A stretch of DNA of 64,000 bases from Corallococcus exiguus (lineage in GTDB: Bacteria; Myxococcota; Myxococcia; Myxococcales; Myxococcaceae): NCBI RefSeq assembly GCF_051058965.1, contig NZ_CP183924.1. One strand, written 5' to 3'. The notes under the pieces are model-generated. The model did not search any database, had not been told where the DNA came from, and worked only from the letters and a program-made list of their open reading frames with translations. Below, piece after piece: positions 46,989 to 57,585 of this stretch. Every line of letters begins with the position of its first letter. The first letter of the stretch is position 1. Position numbers and translations under genes: made by a program.

Positions 46989-48689
46989 GTCGGCGCTGTC
47001 CCCATTCCCGCGGAGCAGTTGGTGGGCATCTGGGGCGGTGAGCGCGTCCTCGGGCCTCAGGTTCGCGGAGAGCTGACACTGGTGCGGGCTGGGAACTCCT
47101 GGCACGCGCGCATCGCAGGCTTCGACGTCCCGGCTCGGGTCGAGGGTCGGAAGGTGTCCGTCATCTTCCCAGGAGGCGAACTCCGAGCGACGTTGGCGGA
47201 GAACGGGCAGAGCATCACGGGCCACTGGATCCAGCCGCGTGTGCTCATGAGCGGCATGAAGTTCGCCACTCCCGTGGAACTGCGCGCGCTTCAGCCGGGT
47301 GTCTGGCGCGGCAACGTGGCGCCGCTGGAGGACCGGTTCTCGCTGTATCTCGTCGTCCAGAAGCAGCCTGACGGCTCCGTGAAGGCGTTCATCCGCAACC
47401 CGGAGCGGAACTTCGGCAACCGGATGCTCTTCCGTGTCGACCTCCAGGGCCGCACGGTCCGGCTCACGTCCACCAAGGACAACACCCAGATCGAAGGCAC
47501 GTTCGACGCGCAGTCCGGACGGCTGTCGCTCCCCTACCCTCCCTTCGACACGACGTTCGACTTCACCCGCCGGGACCGGTCGCAGGCCGTGGGGCTCTAC
47601 TCCCGCACGCCCGCCCCAGGCCCCTACGCCTACCAGAAGCCCATCGCGGAGGACGACGGCTGGACCACGGCCTCCCCCGCCGACGTCGGCATGGACGTCC
47701 AGCCGCTCCAGCAGCTCGTGCAGCGCATCCTCGACCAGGAACCCAGCCCGGAATCAGTGCCCGCCATCCAAGGGCTGCTCATCGCGCGCCACGGAAAGCT
47801 CATCGTCGAAGAGTACTTCCAGGGCTTCGACAAGGAGCGTCCCCACGACCTGCGCTCCTCCTCCAAGTCCTACGCATCCCTGCTGATTGGCATTGCCCTG
47901 GACCAGGGTGCGGCCTTCTCCGTGGACACGCCCGTCGCGTCCCTCTTCCCCGAGTACAAAGGCAAGCTCTCCAACCTGGACGCGCGCAAGCGCAAGCTCA
48001 CCGTCGCGCACTTGATGACCATGGCGACGGGCCTGGCCTGTGACGACGACAATCCGGACTCACCCGGTAACGAGGACCGGCTCGAGGACTCCGTGCCGGA
48101 TTGGTACAAGTACACGCTGGACCTCCCCATGGTCCGTGCTCCCGGCGGCGGGAAGGCCGTGTACTGCTCCGCGAACATCAACCTGCTGGGCGGCGTCCTC
48201 CGCAACACCACCCGCACCTGGATCCCCGAGTTCTTCACGAAGAACGTCGCCACGCCCCTCCAGATGCGCGGCTACCATCTGGACCTGATGCCCGATGGCG
48301 AGCAGTACCTCGGAGGCGGCATCTACATGCGCCCTCGCGATGCCCTGAAGCTCGGGCAGCTCTACCTCTCCGGTGGCACGTGGAACGGAAAGCGCGTGGT
48401 CAGCCAGCGCTGGGTGGAACGCTCCGTCGCGAACCAGGCGACGATGCCGGACGGACGAACCTATGGCTACACGTGGTGGCGCCATGAGCTTCGCGTCGGT
48501 GACCGCGTGTATTCACAGTACGAAGCCAGCGGTAACGGCGGCCAGCTGGTGATGGTCGTTCCGGAGCTGGACCTCGTCGTGCTGTTCACCGCGGGCAACT
48601 ACAACCACGTCGCCATCTGGCGGAAGTTCCGTGAGGAACTCCTGCCCCGATACATCATGGCCGCGGTCTCCACGCCCCCGCGGCCTTGA
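46938..48689 (+). CDS. secreted beta-lactamase-family serine hydrolase (class C/PBP4*-like)
   Basis: Signal peptide MIRYRFLGLLLALLPLHVGA. S-x-x-K motif (SSSKSY) and YxN-like region present. 583 aa with extra N-terminal domain. Confidence 0.75.
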   Translation: MIRYRFLGLLLALLPLHVGAVPIPAEQLVGIWGGERVLGPQVRGELTLVRAGNSWHARIAGFDVPARVEGRKVSVIFPGGELRATLAENGQSITGHWIQPRVLMSGMKFATPVELRALQPGVWRGNVAPLEDRFSLYLVVQKQPDGSVKAFIRNPERNFGNRMLFRVDLQGRTVRLTSTKDNTQIEGTFDAQSGRLSLPYPPFDTTFDFTRRDRSQAVGLYSRTPAPGPYAYQKPIAEDDGWTTASPADVGMDVQPLQQLVQRILDQEPSPESVPAIQGLLIARHGKLIVEEYFQGFDKERPHDLRSSSKSYASLLIGIALDQGAAFSVDTPVASLFPEYKGKLSNLDARKRKLTVAHLMTMATGLACDDDNPDSPGNEDRLEDSVPDWYKYTLDLPMVRAPGGGKAVYCSANINLLGGVLRNTTRTWIPEFFTKNVATPLQMRGYHLDLMPDGEQYLGGGIYMRPRDALKLGQLYLSGGTWNGKRVVSQRWVERSVANQATMPDGRTYGYTWWRHELRVGDRVYSQYEASGNGGQLVMVVPELDLVVLFTAGNYNHVAIWRKFREELLPRYIMAAVSTPPRP

Positions 48690-48696
48690 CCCACTC

Positions 48697-49356
48697 TCAA
48701 TCCCGGTCCGGCGCTCCCAGCGGGAAGAGCGGCCGGTACGGGCGCCCTCCATCCACAGCCCGGGCGACCGACGGACGCGCGAGCAACCTCGCGCGATAGG
48801 CGCGCAGCTGGGGACACGACTCCGGAATCCGGTGCGTCCAATCCGCGTAGAACAGCGACGGCGCGGCCGCACAGTCCGCCAGCGTGAAGTCGTTGCCCGC
48901 GGCCCAGGTCCGGCCACCCAGCTGGCCTTCGATCCACGCGTAGGACCGCTCCAGCTTCTCCACCGCCAGCTTCATCCCGTCCTGGCGCTTCACCGGGTCC
49001 CCCGTCAGCGCTCCGTTCACGGCGTGCTGGGCCGCGTCCATGACGTGCAGGTCGAAGAAGCGGTCGAGGAACCGCACGTCCAGCGCGACCATCGGGTCCT
49101 CGGGCAGCAGGCGCACCGACCCGGGATGCTTCAGCTGGAGATACTCGATGATGATGCTCGTCTCGACGACCTGACGGTCACCGTCCACCAGCAGCGGGAA
49201 CTTGCGCAGCGGCCAGCGGCGCAGCCATTCGGCTGAATGCTCCGGCGTCTCCGGGCTGATGCTTCGAAACTCGAAGGGCGTGCCGTTCTCATACAGCGCG
49301 ATGAGCACCTTCTGCGTGTACGAAGAGAAATAGTGACCGTAGACCGCGAGCGACAT
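48697..49356 (-). CDS. glutathione S-transferase
   Basis: Start MSLAVYGHYFSSYTQKVLIALYENGTPFEF is a thioredoxin-like GST N-domain. The C-terminal helical domain follows. 219 aa. Confidence 0.8.
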   Translation of the reverse strand: MSLAVYGHYFSSYTQKVLIALYENGTPFEFRSISPETPEHSAEWLRRWPLRKFPLLVDGDRQVVETSIIIEYLQLKHPGSVRLLPEDPMVALDVRFLDRFFDLHVMDAAQHAVNGALTGDPVKRQDGMKLAVEKLERSYAWIEGQLGGRTWAAGNDFTLADCAAAPSLFYADWTHRIPESCPQLRAYRARLLARPSVARAVDGGRPYRPLFPLGAPDRD

Positions 49357-49453
49357 CGTCGGACCTCTCCTTTCGACCACTTGCGTTTCACAACGGGTTG
49401 AACCGTATTTGCACCACTTGCATACTGCAAGCAGGAACCCCAGGAGCACGGCC

Positions 49454-49960
49454 ATGCCGCAGACAGGGCGCTCCGGCTGCCCCATCAACCTGACGCTCGA
49501 ACAGCTTGGCGACCGTTGGAGCCTGATCGTCATCCGCGACGTCATGTTCGGGAACCGGCGCAGCTACGGCGACCTGCTCTCGCAGAGCGAAGAAGGCATC
49601 GCCTCCAACATCCTCGCGGACCGGCTGAAGCGCCTGACCGCGTCCGGCCTGCTATCGCGACGCCCGGATCCGAACCACCAGCAGAAAGGCATCTACAGCC
49701 TCACGGAGGCGTCCATCCAACTGGTGCCCCTGCTCGCGCACATGGGTGCCTGGGGCCGCCGGCACACGCAGGTGAGCGAGGAGCTGTCGGTGCGCGCGGA
49801 GCTGTTGGAGAAGGGCGGCCCGCCCCTCTGGAACGCGTTCATGGAGGAGCTGCGCCACCTGCACCTGGACGCGCCGCGCCCTTCCCGCTCGGTGTTCCGC
49901 GAGCTTCAGGCCGCCTACGAGAAGGCCGTCGCTCGCAACGCTCGGGACGGACGGACCTGA
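49454..49960 (+). CDS. HxlR-family (MarR-like winged-helix) transcriptional regulator, divergent from GST
   Basis: CPINLTLEQLGDRWSLIVIRDVMFGNRRSYGDLLSQSEEGIASNILADRLKRL is the HxlR signature. 168 aa. Confidence 0.75.
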   Translation: MPQTGRSGCPINLTLEQLGDRWSLIVIRDVMFGNRRSYGDLLSQSEEGIASNILADRLKRLTASGLLSRRPDPNHQQKGIYSLTEASIQLVPLLAHMGAWGRRHTQVSEELSVRAELLEKGGPPLWNAFMEELRHLHLDAPRPSRSVFRELQAAYEKAVARNARDGRT

Positions 49961-49983
49961 AGCGGGTAGCGTTCACCGCGCTC

Positions 49984-50604
49984 ATGAAAGCCATCGGCTG
50001 GTGGATGTTCGTCCTGCTGTGCGCGCTGTGGCTCCCCGCCTGCGGTCCCTACGACTGCACCCCGGAGAACTGCGCGGACGGCTGCTGCTCCTCGTTCAAT
50101 GAGTGCATCTCGTTCCGGAGCGACTCGGAATGCGGCCCCAATGGCAGCGCCTGTGAACCCTGCGCGGAGGGCAGCGTCTGCCGGCTCGACCAGCACACCT
50201 GCTACGTGGGCGTGATGCGCACCTATATCCAGCCTCGGTACGCCACCATCGCGGACGTCGACCCGGATACGGGCGAGGACTGGGACTCCGACGGCTCTCC
50301 TCCGGACGTCGTCGTGGAGATGAAGTGTCCCGGCGCTCCCGAGCGCTCCCGCACCGAGGAGGACGAGAGCTGGGACCCCGAATGGCGCTCCGGCGGCTGC
50401 CAGGTCATCACGTCCAACCTGCTGCGCTACCCGCTCGAAATCTCCATCTTCGACAACGACGACTTCACCTTCGATGACGAGTTCGGCGGCCTCTCCTACC
50501 AGGTCACCCGCGCGGACCTGAACCTGGGCCGCATCGAGATCTCCATCACGCCCATCGTGAAGACGCTCGTCTTCGACCTGAGCCACAACTACGCGCCGCA
50601 ATGA
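49984..50604 (+). CDS. Cys-rich hypothetical lipoprotein
   Basis: MKAIGWWMFVLLCALWLPACG is a lipobox. ~12 Cys in the first 70 mature residues. Asp/Glu-rich C-terminal half. Confidence 0.55.
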   Translation: MKAIGWWMFVLLCALWLPACGPYDCTPENCADGCCSSFNECISFRSDSECGPNGSACEPCAEGSVCRLDQHTCYVGVMRTYIQPRYATIADVDPDTGEDWDSDGSPPDVVVEMKCPGAPERSRTEEDESWDPEWRSGGCQVITSNLLRYPLEISIFDNDDFTFDDEFGGLSYQVTRADLNLGRIEISITPIVKTLVFDLSHNYAPQ

Positions 50605-50652
50605 GCCGGGCCCTGCTGTAACCGCCTCCGCGCCCCTGGCGTAGTCCTGGGC

Positions 50653-51138
50653 ATGCGCGCCCACGCACTGCCCCTCCTGGTCCTGTTCGCCTCCGCCTGT
50701 GGTCCCTCCTCCTCCGTGGACGAGGGCCTCGGCGTCGTCCAGGGCATCGACACATCCGAGACCGGCATCACCGCCTTCGTCCGCTCGGGCGAGTACACCT
50801 CCTGGCTCGCGGAGCCCTCGGTCCACGACACGCGCGCGCCCCACGGCAGCAAGGTCCGCGTGTTCTTCAACGACGTCGTCGTGCGTTCGCTGCGCGACGG
50901 CAACGCCACACACCCCGTGGGCAGCATCCTGGTGAAGGAGCTCTTCGAGGACGACGGGAAGACACTCCGAGGCCACGCGCTGGACGTGAAGGTCTCGGAA
51001 GGCCCCGGCAAGGACACCTGGATCTTCTACGAGGGCTTCGGCCCCGACTACACCCGGAACTACTACGGCCGCGCCCACTCGACCTGCCACGGCTGCCACT
51101 CCGACGGGACGGACTACGTCACGTCACCGCTGCCGTGA
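50653..51138 (+). CDS. small lipoprotein with C-terminal CXXCH haem-binding motif (cytochrome P460-like)
   Basis: Lipobox LFASACG. ~160 aa. HSTCHGCHSDG contains CHGCH (CXXCH) near the C-terminus, the arrangement seen in the cytochrome P460 family. Confidence 0.5.
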   Translation: MRAHALPLLVLFASACGPSSSVDEGLGVVQGIDTSETGITAFVRSGEYTSWLAEPSVHDTRAPHGSKVRVFFNDVVVRSLRDGNATHPVGSILVKELFEDDGKTLRGHALDVKVSEGPGKDTWIFYEGFGPDYTRNYYGRAHSTCHGCHSDGTDYVTSPLP

Positions 51139-51191
51139 AAATGACAACGGGCGGCCCCCTTTCGAGGACCGCCCGCCGTTGACCCACAGGC

Positions 51192-52232
51192 CTATCGCGC
51201 CGTGGACTTGCGGCGCATCAGGAACACCCCCAGGCCCACGCCCGCGGCCCACTTCGCCGCGGCGGCCAGCGGCGTCTTGCTCAGCGGCACCGGGCGGTTC
51301 TCGTACCGCGGCTGGGGCGGAACCGGACGGAAGTCCGTGGCGCCGGGGAGGTTCGCGCCCTCCTCTTCCGCCTCCGTCTTCGTCACGTTCGGTCCCGGCG
51401 CGTCCGGATCACGCGAACCCGGAGCCTTCCCGTCCGGCGACTTGTGCTCGAGGATGCCGTTGATCTCCGCACCCAGCAGCACGACCATGCAGGAGATCTG
51501 CATCCACAGCAGCATCACGATGACACCGCCGATGGCGCCGTAGTTCACGTCATACGAGCCGAAGTTCGCCACGTACTTCGAGAAGCCCCACGAGGCGAGC
51601 ACCCAGATGACCACGCTCACCACCGACCCCGGCGTGATGAACTTGAACTTCTGCTTCACGTCCGGCAGCACGTAGTACAGCACCGCCAGCAGCAGCATCA
51701 TCAGGATGCCCGCCACCGGCATGCGCAGCCACAGCACGATGCTGGTGAACGGCTCGCCCAGCCGGTTCGCGATCGCCGGCGTCACGATGGCGACGAGGGC
51801 CGCCAGCACCACCGTCACCGCCGTCCCCAGCGTCGTCAGCAGCGCGAGGCCGCGCTTCTTCCAGAACGGGCGCTTCTCCGTCACGCCGTAGACCGTGTTG
51901 AGCGCGTCCATCAGCGCCACCACACCGCCCGACGCCGCCCAGACAGCGCCCACGCCACCGATCGTCAAGAGCCCCACCGGATTGCTGCTCGCCAGCGCCT
52001 CCAGCCGCTCGCCCAGGATCTTCGTCACCTCCTGGGGCGCCACCTTCGACAGCTCCTGGATGAGCTGCTGCGCCTGGTGCGGATCAATCAGCACACCGGC
52101 CAGGGACACGAGGAACAGCAGGAACGGGAACAGCGCCATGATGGCGGAGAACGTCAGCGCGCCCGCGACGTTGCCCACGTTGTCGCGCCCCCACTCATCC
52201 TTGAGGGACTTGAAGAACTCCTTCCAACTCAT
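51192..52232 (-). CDS. YihY/BrkB-family inner-membrane protein
   Basis: Start MSWKEFFKSLKDEWGRDNVGNVAGALTFSAIMALFPFLLFL is the YihY N-terminal signature. Six TM segments. 346 aa. Confidence 0.75.
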   Translation of the reverse strand: MSWKEFFKSLKDEWGRDNVGNVAGALTFSAIMALFPFLLFLVSLAGVLIDPHQAQQLIQELSKVAPQEVTKILGERLEALASSNPVGLLTIGGVGAVWAASGGVVALMDALNTVYGVTEKRPFWKKRGLALLTTLGTAVTVVLAALVAIVTPAIANRLGEPFTSIVLWLRMPVAGILMMLLLAVLYYVLPDVKQKFKFITPGSVVSVVIWVLASWGFSKYVANFGSYDVNYGAIGGVIVMLLWMQISCMVVLLGAEINGILEHKSPDGKAPGSRDPDAPGPNVTKTEAEEEGANLPGATDFRPVPPQPRYENRPVPLSKTPLAAAAKWAAGVGLGVFLMRRKSTAR

Positions 52233-52398
52233 TCCCCTGCCGGGCAGGACCATGCGTCTCCTCCTCGGAGGAGATTGGGCATTCCATCCCCCGGCTGGCT
52301 TCCTCCCTTGGGACGCAGCTCGCCCCCCTGCCTGCTCACCGCGCAGGGGGCGGGGAATGACAAGCCCCCGCGCCACGCCTGCCCGGCCGCCCTTCGCG

Positions 52399-52944
52399 TC
52401 AGAAAACGGGCAGCACGGGCGCGTCCTTCAACCGGGGCGCGCGCTGATCCTTCGCCGACAAGAGCGGCTGCTTCACCGGCCACGGGATGGCCAGGTCCGG
52501 ATCATCCCAGGCCACGCTCCGCTCGGACTCCGGGGAGTACAGCGCGGTGCACTTGTAGAAGAAGTCCGCCGAGTCGCTCACCACGCAGAACCCGTGCGCC
52601 AGGCCCGCCGGTACCCAGAGCTGATGCTTGTTCTCGCCCGTCAGCTCCGCGGCCACCCAGCGGCCGAACGTGGGCGACCCCTTGCGGATGTCCACCGCCA
52701 CGTCCCACACCGCGCCCGCCAGGCACTGCACCAGCTTGCCCTGCGCGTTCGGCTCCTGGAAGTGCAGGCCTCGCAGCGTGCCCTTCACCGAGCGCGACAG
52801 GTTGTCCTGCACGAACGGGCCGACCACCCCCACGTCCGCGTAGCGCTTCGCGTGGAAGGACTCGAGGAAGAAGCCCCGGTCGTCGCCGAACACCTTCGGC
52901 TCGATGAGCAGGACGTCCGGAATCGCCAGCGGGGTCACCTTCAC
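52399..52944 (-). CDS. rfbC: dTDP-4-dehydrorhamnose 3,5-epimerase
   Basis: GTG start overlapping the rfbA stop (GTGA). RmlC motifs [11 protein letters not shown]...RGLHFQ...QGKLV. 181 aa. Confidence 0.8.
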   Translation of the reverse strand: MKVTPLAIPDVLLIEPKVFGDDRGFFLESFHAKRYADVGVVGPFVQDNLSRSVKGTLRGLHFQEPNAQGKLVQCLAGAVWDVAVDIRKGSPTFGRWVAAELTGENKHQLWVPAGLAHGFCVVSDSADFFYKCTALYSPESERSVAWDDPDLAIPWPVKQPLLSAKDQRAPRLKDAPVLPVF

Positions 52945-53822
52945 GACACCGCCCCCCGCTTCTCCACCAGGTCCAACAGGTACTGGCCGTACTCGTTCTT
53001 GCGCATGGGCTCCGCCAGCGCCGTCAGCCGCTGCTCGTCGATGTAACCCATGCGGAAGGCGATCTCCTCCGGACAGGCCACCTTGAGGCCCTGACGGCGC
53101 TCGATGATCTCGATGTAGTTGGATGCCTGCATCAGCGACTCGTGCGTGCCGGTGTCCAGCCACGCGTAGCCGCGTCCCATCAGCTCCACGTTGAGCTGGC
53201 CGCGGCGCAGGTACTCCGCGTTGACGTCGGTGATTTCATACTCGCCGCGCTTGCCCGGCTTGAGGTTCGCCGCGATGTCGATGACCTGGTTGTCGTAGAA
53301 GTACAGGCCGGTGACGGCGTAGTGCGACTTGGGCTTCGTCGGCTTCTCCTCGATGCTGACGGCCTTGTGCTGGGCGTTGAGCTCCACCACGCCGTAGCGC
53401 TCCGGATCCTTCACGTAGTAGCCGAACACCGTGGCGCCCTGCGTGCGCTTCGACGCGCGCTGGGTGAGCTCCCCCATGCCGTGGCCGTAGAAGATGTTGT
53501 CACCCAGGATGAGCGACACGGGGTCATTGCCCACGAAGTCCCGGCCGATGACGAACGCCTGCGCCAGGCCCTCCGGACGCGGCTGCTCGGCGTACTGGAG
53601 GCGGATGCCCCACTGCTCTCCGTCGCCCAGCAGCTCGCGAAAGCGCGGCAGGTCCTGCGGCGTGGAGATGACGAGGATCTCCCGGATGCCCGCCAGCATC
53701 AGCGTCGTCAGCGGGTAGTAGATCATCGGCTTGTCGTAGACGGGCAACAGCTGCTTGCTCACCACGCGCGTCAGTGGATACAGGCGCGTGCCCGAACCCC
53801 CGGCCAGAATGATTCCCTTCAT
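52941..53822 (-). CDS. rfbA: glucose-1-phosphate thymidylyltransferase
   Basis: [18 protein letters not shown]...[17 protein letters not shown] is the canonical RmlA N-terminus. ~293 aa. Confidence 0.85.
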   Translation of the reverse strand: MKGIILAGGSGTRLYPLTRVVSKQLLPVYDKPMIYYPLTTLMLAGIREILVISTPQDLPRFRELLGDGEQWGIRLQYAEQPRPEGLAQAFVIGRDFVGNDPVSLILGDNIFYGHGMGELTQRASKRTQGATVFGYYVKDPERYGVVELNAQHKAVSIEEKPTKPKSHYAVTGLYFYDNQVIDIAANLKPGKRGEYEITDVNAEYLRRGQLNVELMGRGYAWLDTGTHESLMQASNYIEIIERRQGLKVACPEEIAFRMGYIDEQRLTALAEPMRKNEYGQYLLDLVEKRGAVS

Positions 53823-53894
53823 GCGTGCTCCCCTGTGTTCCACGGCGCGGCCGCGAAACGGATGCGCGCGGCCCGGCCGCCACGCGCGCGATGC

Positions 53895-54794
53895 TCAACC
53901 GGCGCGGTGCGCCTTCCAGGCCGAGTGGAAGCGCGCCAGGGACTCCGCCAGCTCCAGCGGCTGGGCCTTCAGCTCCGTGCGCACCTTGTCCGTCTTGAGG
54001 CCGCTGCGCAGCGGACGGGGGCTGGCCAGCTTCAGGTCCGCCATCCGCGTGGGCGTGATCAACGACGCGTCGAAGCCGAACACCTCGCAGAGCGCCCGGC
54101 CGAAGCCCACCCGGTCGATGACCGTGCCGCCGCAGGTGTTCCACACGCCACCGAGCCGGCGCTCGCCCAGCTCCACCAGCATGGCGGCCACGCTGTCCGC
54201 GAAGCTGGGGGACACCACCTGGTCCTCGAAGAGCTTCACCGGCTGGCCCTTCTCCAACGCCCCCACCAACCACGCCCCGAAGTTGGGACGCCCCGCCGCG
54301 GGCCAGCCGTACACCACCGCCGTGCGCGCGATGGCGCAGCCCGGCGCGAACACGCGCGCCGCCTGCTCGGCCATGTGCTTGGTCAGCGCGTACACGCCAC
54401 GAGGGTTGGGCAGCGCGTCCTCGGAATACGGCCCCGCGTCCCCGTCGAAGACGTAGTCCGTGGAGACGTGCACCAGGTGCGCGCCCGCGAGCTTCGCCGC
54501 GCGGGCCACCGCCGCCGTGGCGTGGACGTTCGCCGCGTAGGCCGCGTCCGGGTCCTTCTCACACGCGTCCACTTCCGTCATGGAGGCGGGGTGGATGATG
54601 GCCTCCGGACGGGCCTGGGCGATGGCGGCGGCCACGTCCTGCTCGCGCGTGAGGTCCACCTCCACGTAGCCGTGCGTGCCGCCCGTGCGCCGGGGACCGC
54701 GCCCCAGGCCCACCACTTCGTGACCGCGCTCGGTCAGCTGCGCGCAGACGCGGCTGCCCACCAGGCCGTTGGCTCCCGTGACGAGAAAGCGCAT
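53895..54794 (-). CDS. rfbD: dTDP-4-dehydrorhamnose reductase
   Basis: MRFLVTGANGLVG Rossmann N-terminus, YALTK active-site motif. 299 aa. Confidence 0.85.
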   Translation of the reverse strand: MRFLVTGANGLVGSRVCAQLTERGHEVVGLGRGPRRTGGTHGYVEVDLTREQDVAAAIAQARPEAIIHPASMTEVDACEKDPDAAYAANVHATAAVARAAKLAGAHLVHVSTDYVFDGDAGPYSEDALPNPRGVYALTKHMAEQAARVFAPGCAIARTAVVYGWPAAGRPNFGAWLVGALEKGQPVKLFEDQVVSPSFADSVAAMLVELGERRLGGVWNTCGGTVIDRVGFGRALCEVFGFDASLITPTRMADLKLASPRPLRSGLKTDKVRTELKAQPLELAESLARFHSAWKAHRAG

Positions 54795-54798
54795 GGCG

Positions 54799-55824
54799 TC
54801 AGCCCCGCCCCTGCAGACGGGCCTTGTACTGGGTGTCGAAGTACTGGCGATAGGCGCCGCTGGTCACCCGCTCCCACCAGGCGCGGTTCTCCATGTACCA
54901 GGTCACCGTGTCCGCCAGCCCCTGCTCGAAGGTGTGCTTCGGCTGATAGCCCAGCTCCGTGCGGATCTTCGTCGGGTCGATGGCGTAGCGGCGGTCATGG
55001 CCCGGCCGGTCCGCGACGTACTGGATGAGCGACTCGGGCTTCTTCAGCAGGCCCAGGATGCCCTTGACGATCTCGATGTTGCGGCGCTCGGAGCCGCCGC
55101 CGATGTTGTAGACCTCGCCCGCGCGGCCCTTCTCCAGCGCCACCAGCAGGCCCTGGCAGTGGTCCTCCACGTGGAGCCAGTCGCGCACGTTGGCGCCGTC
55201 GCCGTAGACGGGCAGCGGCTTGTCGTGCAGCGCGTTCACCACCATCAGGGGGATGAGCTTCTCCGGGAACTGGTAGCGGCCGTAGTTGTTCGAGCAGCGC
55301 GTCACCACCACGTCCATCTTGAACGTGTGGTGGTAGGCCAGCGCGATCAGGTCCGAGGACGTCTTGGAGGCCGAGTACGGGCTGGAGGGCTGCAGCGGAG
55401 AGGTCTCCGTGAAGGCGCCCGTGGGGCCCAGCGAGCCGTAGACCTCGTCGGTGGAGACCATCAGGAAGCGCTTCACGCCCCGGGCGCGGCAGGCCTCCAG
55501 CAGCTGCTGGGTACCCAGCACGTTGGTGTTGATGAACACCTCCGGGCCCAGGATGGAGCGGTCCACGTGGCTTTCGGCCGCCAGGTGCATCACGGCGTCA
55601 ATGCCGTGCTGGACGATGAGGTGTTCCACCAGCTCCCGGTTGGCGATGTCGCCGCGCACGAAGACGTGCTTCGGGTCACCTTCCAGGTCGGCGAGGGTCT
55701 CGAGGTTGCCCGCGTACGTGAGCTTGTCGAGGTTGATGATCTTCCAGTCAGGCCGCTCGCGGCGCAGGTACTTCACCAGATTGGAGCCGATGAAGCCGCA
55801 GCCCCCTGTCACCAGGACGTTCAT
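54799..55824 (-). CDS. rfbB: dTDP-glucose 4,6-dehydratase
   Basis: Start MNVLVTGGCGFIGSN. STDEVYG and YSASK catalytic motifs. 341 aa. The listed 970-aa ORF is an upstream read-through. Confidence 0.85.
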   Translation of the reverse strand: MNVLVTGGCGFIGSNLVKYLRRERPDWKIINLDKLTYAGNLETLADLEGDPKHVFVRGDIANRELVEHLIVQHGIDAVMHLAAESHVDRSILGPEVFINTNVLGTQQLLEACRARGVKRFLMVSTDEVYGSLGPTGAFTETSPLQPSSPYSASKTSSDLIALAYHHTFKMDVVVTRCSNNYGRYQFPEKLIPLMVVNALHDKPLPVYGDGANVRDWLHVEDHCQGLLVALEKGRAGEVYNIGGGSERRNIEIVKGILGLLKKPESLIQYVADRPGHDRRYAIDPTKIRTELGYQPKHTFEQGLADTVTWYMENRAWWERVTSGAYRQYFDTQYKARLQGRG

Positions 55825-55938
55825 TGACAAGCCACCACTCGCACTTCGAGAGAAAGCGCCCTCCGTAGCGGAGGGAAGGATCCCCGTCAAGGCAAGCGCG
55901 CGACCACTTGTGGCCGGTCCGGGCCAGGGGTAAATGCC

Positions 55939-57585
55939 ATGCCCAACGTGAGCCTCTGGAACAGCAAGCGAGGGACCGCGTCCTCGAGCGCCGGAGCAAT
56001 CCACCAGCTCGTGCCGCGGCTGGCCTGGGGCGACGCCGTGGGCAACCAGGTGCGCTACCTGCGAAACCTCCTGCGCGGATGGGGATACGCGTCGGAGATC
56101 TACGCCGAGCAGTGGGACGAGGCGTGTCGCGACGAGGTGCGCCCCGCCCTCGACTACGCGCGCGACGCGGGCCGGGACACCGCGCTGCTCGTCCACCACA
56201 GCTTCGAGTCGCGGCTGGTGCCGCTGGTGGCCAAGGCGAAGGGCCGCAAGGCGCTGCTGTACCACAACGTCACGCCCGAGCGGTTCTTCGAGGGCACCGA
56301 CCGCCACGTCGCCCGCGGCTGCATGCTGGCGCGCGAGGAGCTGCTCCAGCTGCGCGAGCACGTGACGCACGCCTGGGCGTACTCGCACTTCAGCGTGGAG
56401 GAGCTGTCCGCCGCCGGCTACCCGGACGCGAGCGTCCTGCCCTTCGCGGTGGACTGGAACGCGTTCAACGTGCCGCCAGACACGGCCCTGCGCGAGCAGG
56501 TGGAGGACGGGTGCGCCAACGTGCTCTTCGTGGGCCGCACGGTGCCCAGCAAGCGGTTGGAGGACGTGCTGCGCGTCTTCACCGCCTACCAGCGCCTGTA
56601 CCAGCCCAAGAGCCGGCTGCTGGTCGCGGGGACGCTCTACAGCAGCGCGCCCTATGACGCGTCCGTGCTGGCGCTGCGCGAGCAACTGGGCCCGGATCGC
56701 GTGGTGTTCCTGGGCCGCGTGGACGCCGCGCAGCTGTCCGCGTGCTTCGCCTCCGCCACCGCGTACCTCTCCATGAGCCGCCACGAGGGCTTCGGCGTGC
56801 CGCTCCTGGAGGCCATGTACCGGGGCGTGCCGGTGGTGGCCTATGGAGCCGCGGCGGTGCCGGAGACCATGGGCGGCGCGGGCCTCACCACCCTGTCGGA
56901 CGACCCCGCGCAGGTGGCGGGGCTGCTGGCGGTGCTGGAGCGAGACCCCGCCCTGCGCTCGCGGGTGGTGGAGGCGCAACGCCAGCGACTGGCGTCCCTG
57001 GACCAGCAGTCCGTGGCCCAGCGCGTGCGCGAGGCGCTCATGCCCTTCCTCCAGGGGAATGCGCCCCCGGCCCGTCCGCCCGCCGCGCCCGCCGTCACCG
57101 TGGTGTGCCCGGGCTTCGACGCCGCGCCGGATGCGCCCATGTCCCAGCTGGCGCGCGCGGTGGTGGACCGGCTGCCGGACGCGAGCCTGTGGACGGTGCG
57201 CCGTCAGGTGATGCCCTTGCAGCTGGCCCCGAGCGATGAGCGCGACGGCGTGACGCGGGTGCGGCGCTTCACGCCGGACGAGCCGTGCTTCGGGTTGGAT
57301 GGGGTCAGCCCGCCGTCGTCGTCGCTGGAGACGGGCGTGCGGTGCGCCCCGGGGCCGTTGCTGTTCGCGGGTGCCGGTGAGGAGGTGGCCCGGCGCACGG
57401 TGTCGCGGCTGCCGCCGGACACGCGCGTCGCGGGCATCTGGGAGCCCCGCCGCGCGCCAGACGCGGGCGTCAAACAGGTCCTGGGAAAGAGGCTGTGGGA
57501 GCTCACTCCGGGGCATGACCTGACGTCGCTGGCGGCGGAGCTGGCAAGGGAGCTGGACGTGGGAGGACGCCCGCATGCGCGCTGA
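55939..57585 (+). CDS. glycosyltransferase family 4 (GT-B, retaining) with C-terminal extension
   Basis: SRHEGFGVPLLEAMYRGVPVV is the GT4 E-x7-E region. 548 aa. Divergent from the rfb operon. Confidence 0.75.
   Translation: MPNVSLWNSKRGTASSSAGAIHQLVPRLAWGDAVGNQVRYLRNLLRGWGYASEIYAEQWDEACRDEVRPALDYARDAGRDTALLVHHSFESRLVPLVAKAKGRKALLYHNVTPERFFEGTDRHVARGCMLAREELLQLREHVTHAWAYSHFSVEELSAAGYPDASVLPFAVDWNAFNVPPDTALREQVEDGCANVLFVGRTVPSKRLEDVLRVFTAYQRLYQPKSRLLVAGTLYSSAPYDASVLALREQLGPDRVVFLGRVDAAQLSACFASATAYLSMSRHEGFGVPLLEAMYRGVPVVAYGAAAVPETMGGAGLTTLSDDPAQVAGLLAVLERDPALRSRVVEAQRQRLASLDQQSVAQRVREALMPFLQGNAPPARPPAAPAVTVVCPGFDAAPDAPMSQLARAVVDRLPDASLWTVRRQVMPLQLAPSDERDGVTRVRRFTPDEPCFGLDGVSPPSSSLETGVRCAPGPLLFAGAGEEVARRTVSRLPPDTRVAGIWEPRRAPDAGVKQVLGKRLWELTPGHDLTSLAAELARELDVGGRPHAR

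Noticed and set aside
49915-51099. 394-aa minus ORF opposite the two small lipoprotein genes
   Set aside because: Gly/Ala/Arg-rich antisense frame. The + strand frames have lipoboxes and coherent GC3 bias.
51444-55028. Long + strand ORFs (51444..52907, 53142..55028, 54769..55827) opposite yihY and the rfb operon
   Set aside because: Antisense to canonical RmlA/B/C/D proteins.
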